The notes under the pieces were generated by a model, which saw only the letters and a list, made by a program, of their open reading frames with translations, was not told the origin of the DNA and did not search any database. From an uncultured Bacteroidales bacterium (GTDB taxonomy: Bacteria > Bacteroidota > Bacteroidia > Bacteroidales > VadinHA17): a stretch of DNA of 64,000 nt. The stretch lies in assembly GCA_963813405.1 (NCBI GenBank), contig CAWEYU010000004.1, forward strand, positions 324,814 through 388,813, read 5' to 3'. Position 1 is the first letter of the stretch, and each line of letters begins with the position of its first letter. A program made the position numbers and the translations under genes. Below, piece by piece: positions 35,238 through 44,476 of the stretch.

Positions 35238-36581
35238 TCAATTGTCTGATGGTTTGACAGTTGGTTCTGAAGCAGTCTGTATACCGGTAATCACTTCCGG
35301 AATAATTCCCAGTTTCACATAGATCGGATGCACCAAATTCTTCAAGTCAGGAAGTCTCCTGAAGAAAAACAGTGCTCCGATTATGCAGACAATTCCGCCT
35401 GCCAGAATTGTGTTTGGTGCACCAATTATTTTTGCCAGACCGCCTGCCATAAGACTTCCGAACGGTGCGGTTCCCATAATTGCCATAGTGTAAATGCTCA
35501 TCACTCTTCCGCGTTTATCTTCTTCAACTATTGTTTGCAGTATTGTGTTGCTTGAAGCAGTGTGAAGCATCATTCCCGAACCTGCAACGATCATTGAAAA
35601 CAATGATAGAGGAAAAAACCTTGAAAATGAAAATGCAATGAGACCAATCCCCGATACCGCAGCAGAGATCGGAACCAGGCTGCTCATTCTCAGAATTGTC
35701 CTTCGTGAAGCCAGGTAGAGTCCTCCAAGAAGTGCTCCAAAACCTGCACCTCCCATAAGGTATCCAAATGTATTTGAACCCCCATGTAATATCTCCTTTG
35801 CAAATACAGGCATCAGGACAACATATGGCATAACCATAAGACTGACAATAGCCAGAAGCAGGATAAGGTGTTTAATAGGGGCAAATCCAAAAGCGTAATT
35901 AAATCCCTCCTGCATATCTCGTAAAATATGAGTTTTACTCTTCAGTTTTTTGCGAAGCGGAACTTTCATAAATAATAGCGAGGCAATGACAAACAGATAG
36001 CTTATTGCATTTGACAGAAAACAGATCCCCTCTCCCGCTGACGCAAGTAAAACTCCGGCAAGAGGTGGTCCTATAAGCCTGGCACCGTTAAACATCAATG
36101 AATTCAGAGCAATTGCATTTCCAAGATCTTCTTTCCTTTCAACCAGATCTATAACAAGTGCTTGTCTTGAAGGTACATCAAAAGCATTGAATATACCAAG
36201 AACCATATTAAGAACGACGATATGCCAGACTTGAATTGTCCCGGTGTAAAATAGCCCGGTAAGGATAATCGCCTGTATCATTGCAACTACCTGTGATACA
36301 ATTAAAACGTAATACCTGTTCCATCTGTCTGAAAGTACTCCGGCAAGGGGTGCGAGAATAAATGTCGGGATCTGCCCGGCAAAACCTACTAATCCCAGAA
36401 GAAATACAGAGCCGGTAATATGATAGACAAGCCATGGCAAGGCAATGCGTTGCATCCAGGTGCCGATAAGTGAAATACTCTGACCGCTGAAAAAAAGCCT
36501 GTAGTTCCTGTACTGAAGTGACCGGAAGATAATTTTTAATCTGTTTGTATTATTATTGGTATTTATTCCGGCATTTGCCAT
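35238..36581 (-). CDS. MFS transporter (EntS/MFS_3-like)
   Basis: 12-TM-like hydrophobic profile. LSDRWNR loop motif. Start placed at ATG 36581 because the longer ORF start (36641) would overlap the upstream terminator hairpin. Confidence 0.8.
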   Translation of the reverse strand: MANAGINTNNNTNRLKIIFRSLQYRNYRLFFSGQSISLIGTWMQRIALPWLVYHITGSVFLLGLVGFAGQIPTFILAPLAGVLSDRWNRYYVLIVSQVVAMIQAIILTGLFYTGTIQVWHIVVLNMVLGIFNAFDVPSRQALVIDLVERKEDLGNAIALNSLMFNGARLIGPPLAGVLLASAGEGICFLSNAISYLFVIASLLFMKVPLRKKLKSKTHILRDMQEGFNYAFGFAPIKHLILLLAIVSLMVMPYVVLMPVFAKEILHGGSNTFGYLMGGAGFGALLGGLYLASRRTILRMSSLVPISAAVSGIGLIAFSFSRFFPLSLFSMIVAGSGMMLHTASSNTILQTIVEEDKRGRVMSIYTMAIMGTAPFGSLMAGGLAKIIGAPNTILAGGIVCIIGALFFFRRLPDLKNLVHPIYVKLGIIPEVITGIQTASEPTVKPSDN

Positions 36582-36622
36582 CAGAATTCTTTTCTCTAAA
36601 AATACCTTCTTTTTCAATAAAT

Positions 36623-36652
36623 AAAAAAGAGGCCGTCTCAAAAGCCCCTTTT
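36623..36652 (-). terminator. Candidate rho-independent terminator for the beta-propeller gene
   Basis: Minus strand reads aaaaggggc-ttttgagacg-gcctctttt followed by a T-run. 9-bp stem with one mismatch. Confidence 0.5.
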
Positions 36653-36672
36653 CTTATAAAAACTACCAATTC

Positions 36673-37713
36673 CTATTTTAAATATGCTATATCCAACAAG
36701 GTAAATGAATCCGCCTTCATGGTCCTTCTCGGACGCGGATTCTCGGTTGTAGCTGCAGGTGCAGCTTCGTACTCAGCTGATGGTAAATAAATATGATGCG
36801 TTCTGTTATCAACTGCAAGGGTCCTGGCTCCGGACATTGTCGGTATGTTTTCCAGAACCTTGTAACTGTCTTTATTAATTTCCTGAACAACAGTTACTGT
36901 TCCTTCACCGTTGGAACTATAAGCACGTTTTAAACCCGGATCAAATTTAACTCCGTCACATCCACTACCGATTGGCAGAGTAGTAACTACTTTCCCGTTA
37001 ACAGCATCAACCACTACCATTAATTTGTTACCGCAAACTGAGAACAGGCGATGTGTTTCATTATCTAATGCAAGGCCGCTCGGACCATCTCCCGGGGCAA
37101 TAGACCATGATGCTTCGACTTTCAGAGTGGTTGTATTAATAACCGAAATAAGGCTCTTGTCTTCAATATTGACATACATTTTACCTTTCCCGTCCGGTGC
37201 AGGAAATTCTGGCTTCCCGGCCAGAGGAATAGTACCAACTATCTTATTCGTTTTGGCATCAATCACTGTTGAATTTGATGATCTCCCGTTAAAAGTAAAC
37301 ACCTTTGAAGAGAACTGATCATACATTATTGCATCAGGATTCTGACCGGTTCCGGTGATTTTAGTAATGACCGCCAGTGTTTTCAGATCGATAACGGTAA
37401 CTGAAGAGTCCCTTCCGTTGCTTATAAAAGCTTTGTTAAGTTCTGGAGCTAATGCAATACCATGAACACCAGGAGTATCCTTAATAGTTCCAAGCACATT
37501 CCCGGTTTTCAGATCCAGAACAACGACCATTGTTTGGTGCGAGACAAAAACTCGCCCTGTAGGCTCATCTACAGTCAGATAATCCCAACTTCCGGTTTCG
37601 GGCATCTTGAATTTATTTACGATTTTGTACTCCGAAGCAGGACCTTGCCCGTAAAGATTCAATCCTGCAAAGAATAACATCAGGCAACTTAAAAAAATCA
37701 CTGGTTTTTTCAT
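36673..37713 (-). CDS. YVTN/YncE-like beta-propeller repeat protein, exported
   Basis: Signal peptide MKKPVIFLSCLMLFFAGLNLYG at ATG 37713. Repeated ...V.VID..T.KV..TI..G..P.G.A.. units. Confidence 0.75.
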   Translation of the reverse strand: MKKPVIFLSCLMLFFAGLNLYGQGPASEYKIVNKFKMPETGSWDYLTVDEPTGRVFVSHQTMVVVLDLKTGNVLGTIKDTPGVHGIALAPELNKAFISNGRDSSVTVIDLKTLAVITKITGTGQNPDAIMYDQFSSKVFTFNGRSSNSTVIDAKTNKIVGTIPLAGKPEFPAPDGKGKMYVNIEDKSLISVINTTTLKVEASWSIAPGDGPSGLALDNETHRLFSVCGNKLMVVVDAVNGKVVTTLPIGSGCDGVKFDPGLKRAYSSNGEGTVTVVQEINKDSYKVLENIPTMSGARTLAVDNRTHHIYLPSAEYEAAPAATTENPRPRRTMKADSFTLLDIAYLK

Positions 37714-37872
37714 AATAATGACTATTGGTTTAAAATAGAATTGATACAACAACATACACCTCGCTTAAGCAATTTATTTCAGTTACTTGAAAATAAAGCT
37801 TAAACTACCTGGTTATCCTTTATAATAAATATTATAAAAGAGGTTTTTGTTCAACAGAAGCAAAAGAATTAT

Positions 37873-38316
37873 TCAAATAATTCTTAATAAAGCCAGCACA
37901 GCTATAATTATTATAGTAAGAGAAGAGACACCGATCGGGAACCATACAGGTGCGATCCATGGTTTCGGTATAAGGAACAACACATCAATTGTTGTAAACT
38001 TCGGAGGCCATTTGATCAGTATAAAGAGCGAGAGGTAATAAAACAGGTCCCAGAATGCAAATGTCCACAAGAAGAAAATGCCCTTTTCAGTCCATGACCC
38101 TCCAACCAGGTAAGCTAATACGATAAGCATTACAATTGTTGCAGCTTCTCTGGTCATTTCAATAAATAAATAATGCTTCGGAAATTTTTCAAGTGAAACT
38201 TTATTGGATTCATTATCAAGAATCCCGAGGGCTTTTCTCAGGTATACGACCACGACTCCTTCCAGATGAGCCATAGCAATCCCAAAAACTGCAAGCAGAA
38301 AAAAAGTGGTAAGCAT
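37873..38316 (-). CDS. Small integral membrane protein of unknown function
   Basis: 147 aa with four hydrophobic helices. Lies immediately downstream of the carotenoid gene pair. Confidence 0.55.
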   Translation of the reverse strand: MLTTFFLLAVFGIAMAHLEGVVVVYLRKALGILDNESNKVSLEKFPKHYLFIEMTREAATIVMLIVLAYLVGGSWTEKGIFFLWTFAFWDLFYYLSLFILIKWPPKFTTIDVLFLIPKPWIAPVWFPIGVSSLTIIIIAVLALLRII

Positions 38317-38354
38317 AGTTTTAATCTTAAATTATACTGATCAGCGCTATCAGG

Positions 38355-39305
38355 TCAAACAACAAGAATCCTGATTGATCTTGAATTCATGATTGTATCA
38401 AATACTTTTTGTCTCGTTTCGGTCGGCAATGGATTCAACTCTGCAGTTGTAAAGTTACCCTTCTCAATATCGATTCTTTCGAACACCATGAGATATAAAC
38501 CAAAAATAATTTCAAGACTTAACTGATAACGTGGTTCCAGATAGGGCCAGATTGCCCGTATGCAATCATAGGTTTTCTGACGGTACTCGTCAGCCAGAAT
38601 ATAATATTCTTTCATGAGCCCGCGGAAACCAGAGGAAACCAGTGCCCCTTTTGCAATTGCCGAAAGGTCGGTCCTGGTCAGTCTATATTTTGCAATAAGA
38701 TCGTCTGCAAAATAATTGAGATTATTAAGCTGATCCTTCTGAAAATCGCGAATAATATGAACCAGATAACTAAATATGGCACAGGTTGTTGCAGCTTCCC
38801 TTACATTAAATGCAGGTGCTGAATACTTGTGTTCAAGTTCACGCAGACCAGCAAGATGAACGAAGATAGCAGCGGGGGCTACAGAGGCCCCTCCCGAATA
38901 TTCAATAAATGTGTCCATATCCGGAAATCCATCATTATTTATATCGTAGATCATTGATCTGGCAAAAGCTTCCAGGGGCCATGAAGGGATCCGGAATTTC
39001 GTTAATGTTTCGGTCAGTTCTTGCTGCAAAGGGCTGTCACTTTTCCCATCCAGAATCATTTTCAGCCAGTTCTCTACATAAAGAGTGAAACGCTGCCTTT
39101 CGTCTGTTGAAATAATTTTATTGGTTGCCTTATGATTATCTATAAGATCATCCACTTCCCTCATAAATTTATAAAAGGTTCTGGCTGCAGCATATCTTTT
39201 TTCATCCCAGAATCTGGCAGCTATTAAGATATTAGGATGATCTTTGATCTGTTCAAAATCAATTGAATTGAAGATTTCCAGATATTTTTCCTGCAGTGCA
39301 TTCAT
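38355..39305 (-). CDS. Phytoene/squalene synthase family protein (CrtB/CrtM-like)
   Basis: 316 aa. Asp-rich motifs FMREVDDLIDN and YLVHIIRDFQKD. Confidence 0.8.
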   Translation of the reverse strand: MNALQEKYLEIFNSIDFEQIKDHPNILIAARFWDEKRYAAARTFYKFMREVDDLIDNHKATNKIISTDERQRFTLYVENWLKMILDGKSDSPLQQELTETLTKFRIPSWPLEAFARSMIYDINNDGFPDMDTFIEYSGGASVAPAAIFVHLAGLRELEHKYSAPAFNVREAATTCAIFSYLVHIIRDFQKDQLNNLNYFADDLIAKYRLTRTDLSAIAKGALVSSGFRGLMKEYYILADEYRQKTYDCIRAIWPYLEPRYQLSLEIIFGLYLMVFERIDIEKGNFTTAELNPLPTETRQKVFDTIMNSRSIRILVV

Positions 39306-40798
39306 TTCCTTCTTTTTTCTTCTTTGATTACTCTTTCTGCTGTAAGTTTCGCCGATAACAGGACTAAAGGGATCCCATTCCCGGGATGAGTACTTCCACC
39401 TACAAAGTAAAGATTTTTATAATTATTATGCCTGTTATGGGGGCGAAAATATCCCATCTGAAACAGGCTGTGGCTGAGACTGCCAAAAACTGATCCCTTT
39501 GAGACATGATAGGCAGATTCCCATGTTTTGGGAGTATAGCATCTTTCATGGATAATATGTTCTTCAAAATCCGATAATCCTGCCTTCTTTAACCTGTTGA
39601 TTACAGCCTCTCTGGAGATCTTTTTCAGGTTGTTCCAATCTTGTTCCCTGGTTTCATCAAGATGACCTATACCGACAATTACAGAAATAGTATCATGCCC
39701 ATCAGGTGCTGCTGTTGGGTCTGTCCGGGCAGGTGCGTGAACATAGAAACTTGGGTTGGGATCTGCAGATTTGTCTTTGAAGATAACCCGGAGCCCGGTA
39801 CGGAATCCATCATTTAAAAAGACATTATGATGAGCAAGCTGCTGATACTTCTTGTCAAGCCCCCAATGAAAAACCATTGCTGAACAAGAATATTTTTTCT
39901 TTTCGAGCCTTTTCGATTTTTTTTTATCGGGCAACAGCTCACGGTATACATATGGCAGATCTGCATTCGCGACTATCAGATCTGCATCTATGATTTCACC
40001 GTCGGTCAAAGTGATTGACTCTGCCTTGATCCGGTTGACCTGTATAGCGGATACCTCTTTATCGAAATAGAATTTCACTCCTGATTTTATGGCTTCTGAT
40101 TTAAGTTTTTCCACAACACTGAAAATTCCACCTTTCGGAAAATAAGATCCTTCAATCAGTTCAATAGCAGGAATCATTGAGAAAAAAGCAGGTGCATCGA
40201 AAGGACTTTGTCCTACATAGATGTTCTGGAACGTATAAGCCATTTGAAGATGCGGATTCTTAAAGAATCTTTGAATATATTTCTGATGGGTAAGATAGGT
40301 CTTAAGCCTGATCAGCATAGCCATGTTTTTCAGGGTGGCAAATTCAAAGAAATTATAGAAATTCCTTCCAATTAGTTTCTTATGCGCAATTTTATAAAAA
40401 TCGTATCCTTCATTGATATACTTTTCAGATTTCCTGTAACTGCCCTCTTCAATTGCCTCAAGCTGTTCTTTCATTTTTCCTCCGTCGGTCGAAAAAACGA
40501 TCTCCTCCCCATCATCAAAATAAAGCTTATAAAGATCATCAAGCGGCTTAATCTCAAGTAATTCATCAAAATTCAGACCCAGGCTTTCAAAAACTTCCCT
40601 GTAAACCCCTGGCATAAGAAGCATTGTCGCTCCCAAGTCGAACCGGTGTCCTTCATGGATCAGCTGTCCGCAGCGTCCCCCGCAAGTATTGTTCTTTTCA
40701 TAAATACTCACATCATATCCGTTTTTTGCCAGAAAGATTGAAGTTGCTATTCCACCGATACCTGCTCCAATTATAATAGCTGATTTATTATTCACCAT
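39302..40798 (-). CDS. Phytoene desaturase family oxidoreductase (CrtI/CrtN-like)
   Basis: FAD dinucleotide fold AIIIGAGIGGIATSIFLAKNGYDVSIYEKNNTCGGR. C-terminal FVGGSTHPGNGIP. Its stop overlaps the downstream start by 4 nt. Confidence 0.88.
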   Translation of the reverse strand: MVNNKSAIIIGAGIGGIATSIFLAKNGYDVSIYEKNNTCGGRCGQLIHEGHRFDLGATMLLMPGVYREVFESLGLNFDELLEIKPLDDLYKLYFDDGEEIVFSTDGGKMKEQLEAIEEGSYRKSEKYINEGYDFYKIAHKKLIGRNFYNFFEFATLKNMAMLIRLKTYLTHQKYIQRFFKNPHLQMAYTFQNIYVGQSPFDAPAFFSMIPAIELIEGSYFPKGGIFSVVEKLKSEAIKSGVKFYFDKEVSAIQVNRIKAESITLTDGEIIDADLIVANADLPYVYRELLPDKKKSKRLEKKKYSCSAMVFHWGLDKKYQQLAHHNVFLNDGFRTGLRVIFKDKSADPNPSFYVHAPARTDPTAAPDGHDTISVIVGIGHLDETREQDWNNLKKISREAVINRLKKAGLSDFEEHIIHERCYTPKTWESAYHVSKGSVFGSLSHSLFQMGYFRPHNRHNNYKNLYFVGGSTHPGNGIPLVLLSAKLTAERVIKEEKRRK

Positions 40799-40907
40799 TC
40801 TGAATATATAAGATAAGCACAAAAATACTTTATTATTAATAATCAGGAAGAGATTTTTAAAAGTTATCGAGAGATGCTAGTATGTGCAGCCAGGAGGTAA
40901 AACGGTT

Positions 40908-41750
40908 CTATCGTGATAGAAATATTCTAACAGACAGGAAGCCAAAGTAAAAGCCAAGAAGCCAAAGCAATATTCCCAGACCTCTGATCAAAGCAGAAAT
41001 TACCTTAACATTGATACGTCGCCGGAACCGGACAATAAGAAATGCCATAAGAGATAACCAGATAATTATACCTGCTGAAAGAAAAAATGCATAGCAGATA
41101 CTAATTATCAGATGAAAGAATTTCGGGTAAATGGTTTGGTCGGGAGGATGTTCTTTTCTTTTTCGTTCCTGAAAATCTTCAAATTTCTTAATAGTTAAAC
41201 TTTGACTGTTATCAGTTTTTTTGCCCTTAATGGTAACAATTTCATCTTTTTGCTGGTCCATATTCACCGACAGTCCGCCGGTATGCAGCCCCATTGATGA
41301 AATAAAAGTAATTACGAAAAAAGATGATGTAAGAGCTCCGACAAACAAAGTCGGGTTAAGGGCATTAATCATGAACCCGGTATAAAAGCCTCCCTGTTCC
41401 TTTTTTTCAATCTTTTTAGTAAGCCTGCTTTTTTCATCAAGATGTTCTATATCAATTCTTGTCCTGAAAATCTTATATCCCAGATAAAGAAAAAGCGCAC
41501 AACCTCCTGCATATATATAAGGTACAGCAGGTTCGTAATAGGAATAAAGTTTTGTCAAACCGAACACTGCAATAAACACATATATAAAATCTGCAATAGA
41601 GGCTCCAAGACTTACAAAGTTGCAGTAGCGCAGTTTCCCTTTCAATGCATTGGAGGCAATAAGAATGCTTATAGGACCTGCAATTGGAATTGAGAACATG
41701 AATCCGGCCAACAGGCCGGTAATCGAAACTGTTACAAGACTTTCAATCAT
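40908..41750 (-). CDS. LysE/RhtB-type translocator-like membrane protein with an inserted charged loop
   Basis: 280 aa. N-terminal GLLAGFMFSIPIAGPISIL..., ASIADFIY and NALNPTLF fit LysE-family patterns. Central ~70-aa Lys/Glu-rich insert. Confidence 0.5.
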   Translation of the reverse strand: MIESLVTVSITGLLAGFMFSIPIAGPISILIASNALKGKLRYCNFVSLGASIADFIYVFIAVFGLTKLYSYYEPAVPYIYAGGCALFLYLGYKIFRTRIDIEHLDEKSRLTKKIEKKEQGGFYTGFMINALNPTLFVGALTSSFFVITFISSMGLHTGGLSVNMDQQKDEIVTIKGKKTDNSQSLTIKKFEDFQERKRKEHPPDQTIYPKFFHLIISICYAFFLSAGIIIWLSLMAFLIVRFRRRINVKVISALIRGLGILLWLLGFYFGFLSVRIFLSR

Positions 41751-41988
41751 GAAACCATATTTCTCTTATCATGAGTAGCTTAACAACAGGTATTCATCGT
41801 TTCTGCTGTGTCTCACATGGGCAGGGGACTGCTTTTATTTTCTTGTATTTATGCTGAGTGGCACAACCAGCCATAAATAAGAAAACCCAAAATATAATAA
41901 CCAATAAGTATGCACTTCTTGTTTTGTGTATTCTATGACAACCGAAGGTTCTGATCAACGACATTATAAGAAATGTATAAATGCAGGT

Positions 41989-42564
41989 TTATTTCTTAAT
42001 ACAGCGAACAGAATATCTATTGATTTTTTCTGCTCCGTGGATATCTGCAATGTCATCTTTGCGGGAGACATCGACAACCGGTGTTTTAACGACGACCACA
42101 TAACTAAAATATTCTGCATTATCCTTATCGTATTCGGTTGAAGTCCAGAAGTAAGCACTCTCATCCATTTCAGTAAATGTTCCTTCATAATCCTGCATTC
42201 CGCCAAGCTGAATGCCAAACGAGGTTGTATCAGATGCTTTACTTTCCCATTCTTCTTTCTTTTCAAAACGATTCACAAGAGCTTGAAATTCAGCCCCTGT
42301 AGGAAGACGCCAACCATCAGGACAAACTTTAATAGCTGTTTTCCAATCATATAAAATTCCATATCCAAGCTTGTTATTGGAATCATTGTCAAAATAATTG
42401 GCGCCCTCCTTCGGTTTGTACCTCAGGTTTTCAGCCATCCAGGTAATTTTATTTATAATTATTGTCCTATAAACATTACCATCACGGGGATCTGTGAATT
42501 TTCCCTGACCCGCTAAATTAAGCAATATTGAATAAAATATTACGAGTGAAACCGCCTTCTTCAT
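41989..42564 (-). CDS. FISUMP (Fibrobacter succinogenes major paralogous) domain protein
   Basis: 191 aa. FTDPRDGNVYRTIIINKITWMAENL...GILYDW...CPDGWRLPTGAEFQAL. Confidence 0.85.
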   Translation of the reverse strand: MKKAVSLVIFYSILLNLAGQGKFTDPRDGNVYRTIIINKITWMAENLRYKPKEGANYFDNDSNNKLGYGILYDWKTAIKVCPDGWRLPTGAEFQALVNRFEKKEEWESKASDTTSFGIQLGGMQDYEGTFTEMDESAYFWTSTEYDKDNAEYFSYVVVVKTPVVDVSRKDDIADIHGAEKINRYSVRCIKK

Positions 42565-42737
42565 AGATATAGTTATTTTAAATCACACTTAAAACGAAAT
42601 AAACAGACTACAAATATTATACCACACTCATTATTTCTTCTTCACAATCTGAAGTGCTGCCTCTATCTTTCCCGGGCGGTATTCGGAGAATGTCGTTTGG
42701 CTGAGATTCTCAATACCAGCAAGAGCTAAAATGGTGA

Positions 42738-43361
42738 TTAAGCAACTATAAATTTATCCTTCTTTGTCATGCAGAAATCACAAGCTGGTGTAACTGTAGC
42801 CCCATCATAGGTGTTTCCACAGACGGGACAGACGTACCACTGGGCCTGCAGGGATTTTTCTCCACCGGCATTTAAAGCCACCAGAGTTGTATTGAAAAAT
42901 TCCTTATGCTTCTTTTCTGTATCAACTGCCCAGGTAAAGGATTTTACTGCATCAGTGGCTTTCTGTTCTTTTGCTGTCGTAATGAATTCGGGATACATCA
43001 CCTGAATTTCATACGTTTCCCCCTTCTCAGCGTCAGCCAGATTCTCGGCCGTAGAAAGAACCGTAAATGTACCAATCTTTGGTCCTTCAATTTTTTCACC
43101 AAGCTTTTCAAGCACTTTCAGATGGTTTCCTGCATGGATAGCTTCAGCTTTTGAAATTGCGGTAAACATTATTGCAACCGTATCGAATCCTTCAGCTTTA
43201 GCTTTCTCAGCAAATGCTGCATATTTTGCACTGGCTGTAGATTCACCGTTGAATGCTGCTTTGAGATTTTCAATGGTCTTAACGGGTTTTTGTGCACAAC
43301 CATACATCAAACATAAAGCTGACACAATTAAAGCAAGTTTAATGACATTTTTCATATTCAA
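42738..43361 (-). CDS. Rubrerythrin (diiron ferritin-like domain + C-terminal rubredoxin-like CxxC...CxxC), possibly with an N-terminal lipoprotein signal
   Basis: ENLKAAFNGESTASAKY, EAIHAGNH, GETYE, TEKKHKEF and CPVCGN...CDFC. The N-terminal 22 aa (ending LMYGC) look like a lipoprotein signal. An alternative start ATG at 43307 would remove it. Confidence 0.85.
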   Translation of the reverse strand: MNMKNVIKLALIVSALCLMYGCAQKPVKTIENLKAAFNGESTASAKYAAFAEKAKAEGFDTVAIMFTAISKAEAIHAGNHLKVLEKLGEKIEGPKIGTFTVLSTAENLADAEKGETYEIQVMYPEFITTAKEQKATDAVKSFTWAVDTEKKHKEFFNTTLVALNAGGEKSLQAQWYVCPVCGNTYDGATVTPACDFCMTKKDKFIVA

Positions 43362-43417
43362 AAGTTTAGTTTAAAATGGTACTATATTTAATACTATTTC
43401 AAGAGCCGGGAAACGAT

Positions 43418-43849
43418 TCAAAGGGATAACATGAAATCATATACCATCTTGCCGCCCATAAATGCTGTGAATGCCACAGCCGCAAATCCGAGAAAATAAA
43501 ACCCAAAAACAACCCACTTCCATTGAGTCTCCTCTTTCTTCTTGATAAATATAAAAATCCTTAATGCGGCACCTATTAACATGATTATCATTGTTATTAA
43601 TGCTCCTGTTTCATGGTTTTCAAAAACCCGCGCTATCTCTCCCTCTTCAGGATGTCCGGTAAATAACTGACCTGTAGTCCAGGCTGCAACAGCTGCAATT
43701 GCTCCAAGTACCATCAAATAAAATCCGGTTTTGGAAAGACATTTTTCGTTTCTGAAGACCAAAGATAAGACCTCAGCAAGAAATCCGACAAGTATAAGTG
43801 CAACCGGAAAGTGCACAATCATGGGGTGAAGATGAGCTGTGTTTATCAT
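43418..43849 (-). CDS. DUF2231-like membrane protein
   Basis: 143 aa. LHPMIVHFPVALILVGFL N-terminal signature and four TM helices. Confidence 0.65.
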   Translation of the reverse strand: MINTAHLHPMIVHFPVALILVGFLAEVLSLVFRNEKCLSKTGFYLMVLGAIAAVAAWTTGQLFTGHPEEGEIARVFENHETGALITMIIMLIGAALRIFIFIKKKEETQWKWVVFGFYFLGFAAVAFTAFMGGKMVYDFMLSL

Positions 43850-43964
43850 GTTTCTTTATATAAGGTTATTCTTCTCATCAAATATAAAAAAAATATGTGT
43901 AACGCAAAACATGAAACAAGAAGCAACGATCTTAAGTTAGTTGGTAAAACAATCATAAATTAAT

Positions 43965-43972
43965 TAACTTTG
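43965..43972 (+). promoter_or_regulatory. Candidate -7 promoter element (TAacTTTG)
   Basis: Exact TAnnTTTG match overlapping the ORF-track TTG start (43970). This argues that the real start of the deaminase gene is a downstream ATG. Confidence 0.4.
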
Positions 43973-44005
43973 TGCGCTTTAAATCAGAGTGTAACTTTCT
44001 GGAAA

Positions 44006-44476
44006 ATGGCTGTTAAAGATATTCTCAGACCGTATGGCGAAAAACAAATGGCCTTTGATAAAAGGTACCTTGAAATGGCTCTTATCTGGGCCCGTAATTC
44101 ATATTGCATCAGACGACAGGTAGGAGCTCTGATTGTTAAAGAAAAGATGATTATTTCTGACGGTTATAATGGTACACCTTCAGGATTTGAAAATGTTTGT
44201 GAGGATGAGAATAATGTAACTAAACCATATGTTCTTCATGCTGAGGCAAATGCAATAACGAAAGTGGCTAAATCACACAATTCGAGTGAAAATTCAACAC
44301 TATATGTCACCACTTCTCCATGTATGGAGTGTGCCAAACTAATAATCCAATCGGGAATAAAAAGAGTTGTGTATTGCAACAGATATCACAAAACCGACGG
44401 TCTGGATCTTCTAAAACGTGCAAACATCGAACTGGTTTATATTGACCCTGAAAATAACATTTATGAATTACAATAA
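44006..44476 (+). CDS. Deoxycytidylate (dCMP) deaminase
   Basis: Zinc motifs HAEANAI and SPCMECAKLI. The start is either ATG 44006 or ATG 44048. Confidence 0.88.
   Translation: MAVKDILRPYGEKQMAFDKRYLEMALIWARNSYCIRRQVGALIVKEKMIISDGYNGTPSGFENVCEDENNVTKPYVLHAEANAITKVAKSHNSSENSTLYVTTSPCMECAKLIIQSGIKRVVYCNRYHKTDGLDLLKRANIELVYIDPENNIYELQ

Noticed and set aside
38355-40822. A phytoene synthase + desaturase pair, considered as a possibly novel pigment locus.
   Set aside because: This is a standard two-gene carotenoid (C30 or C40) core with translational coupling and nothing unusual in the sequence. Only the adjacent 147-aa membrane protein is unassigned.
41794-41874. A 26-codon Cys-containing small ORF on the minus strand in the LysE leader.
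   Set aside because: ORFs of this length arise by chance at high frequency and I have no conservation or translation evidence. It is mentioned only as part of the long-leader finding.
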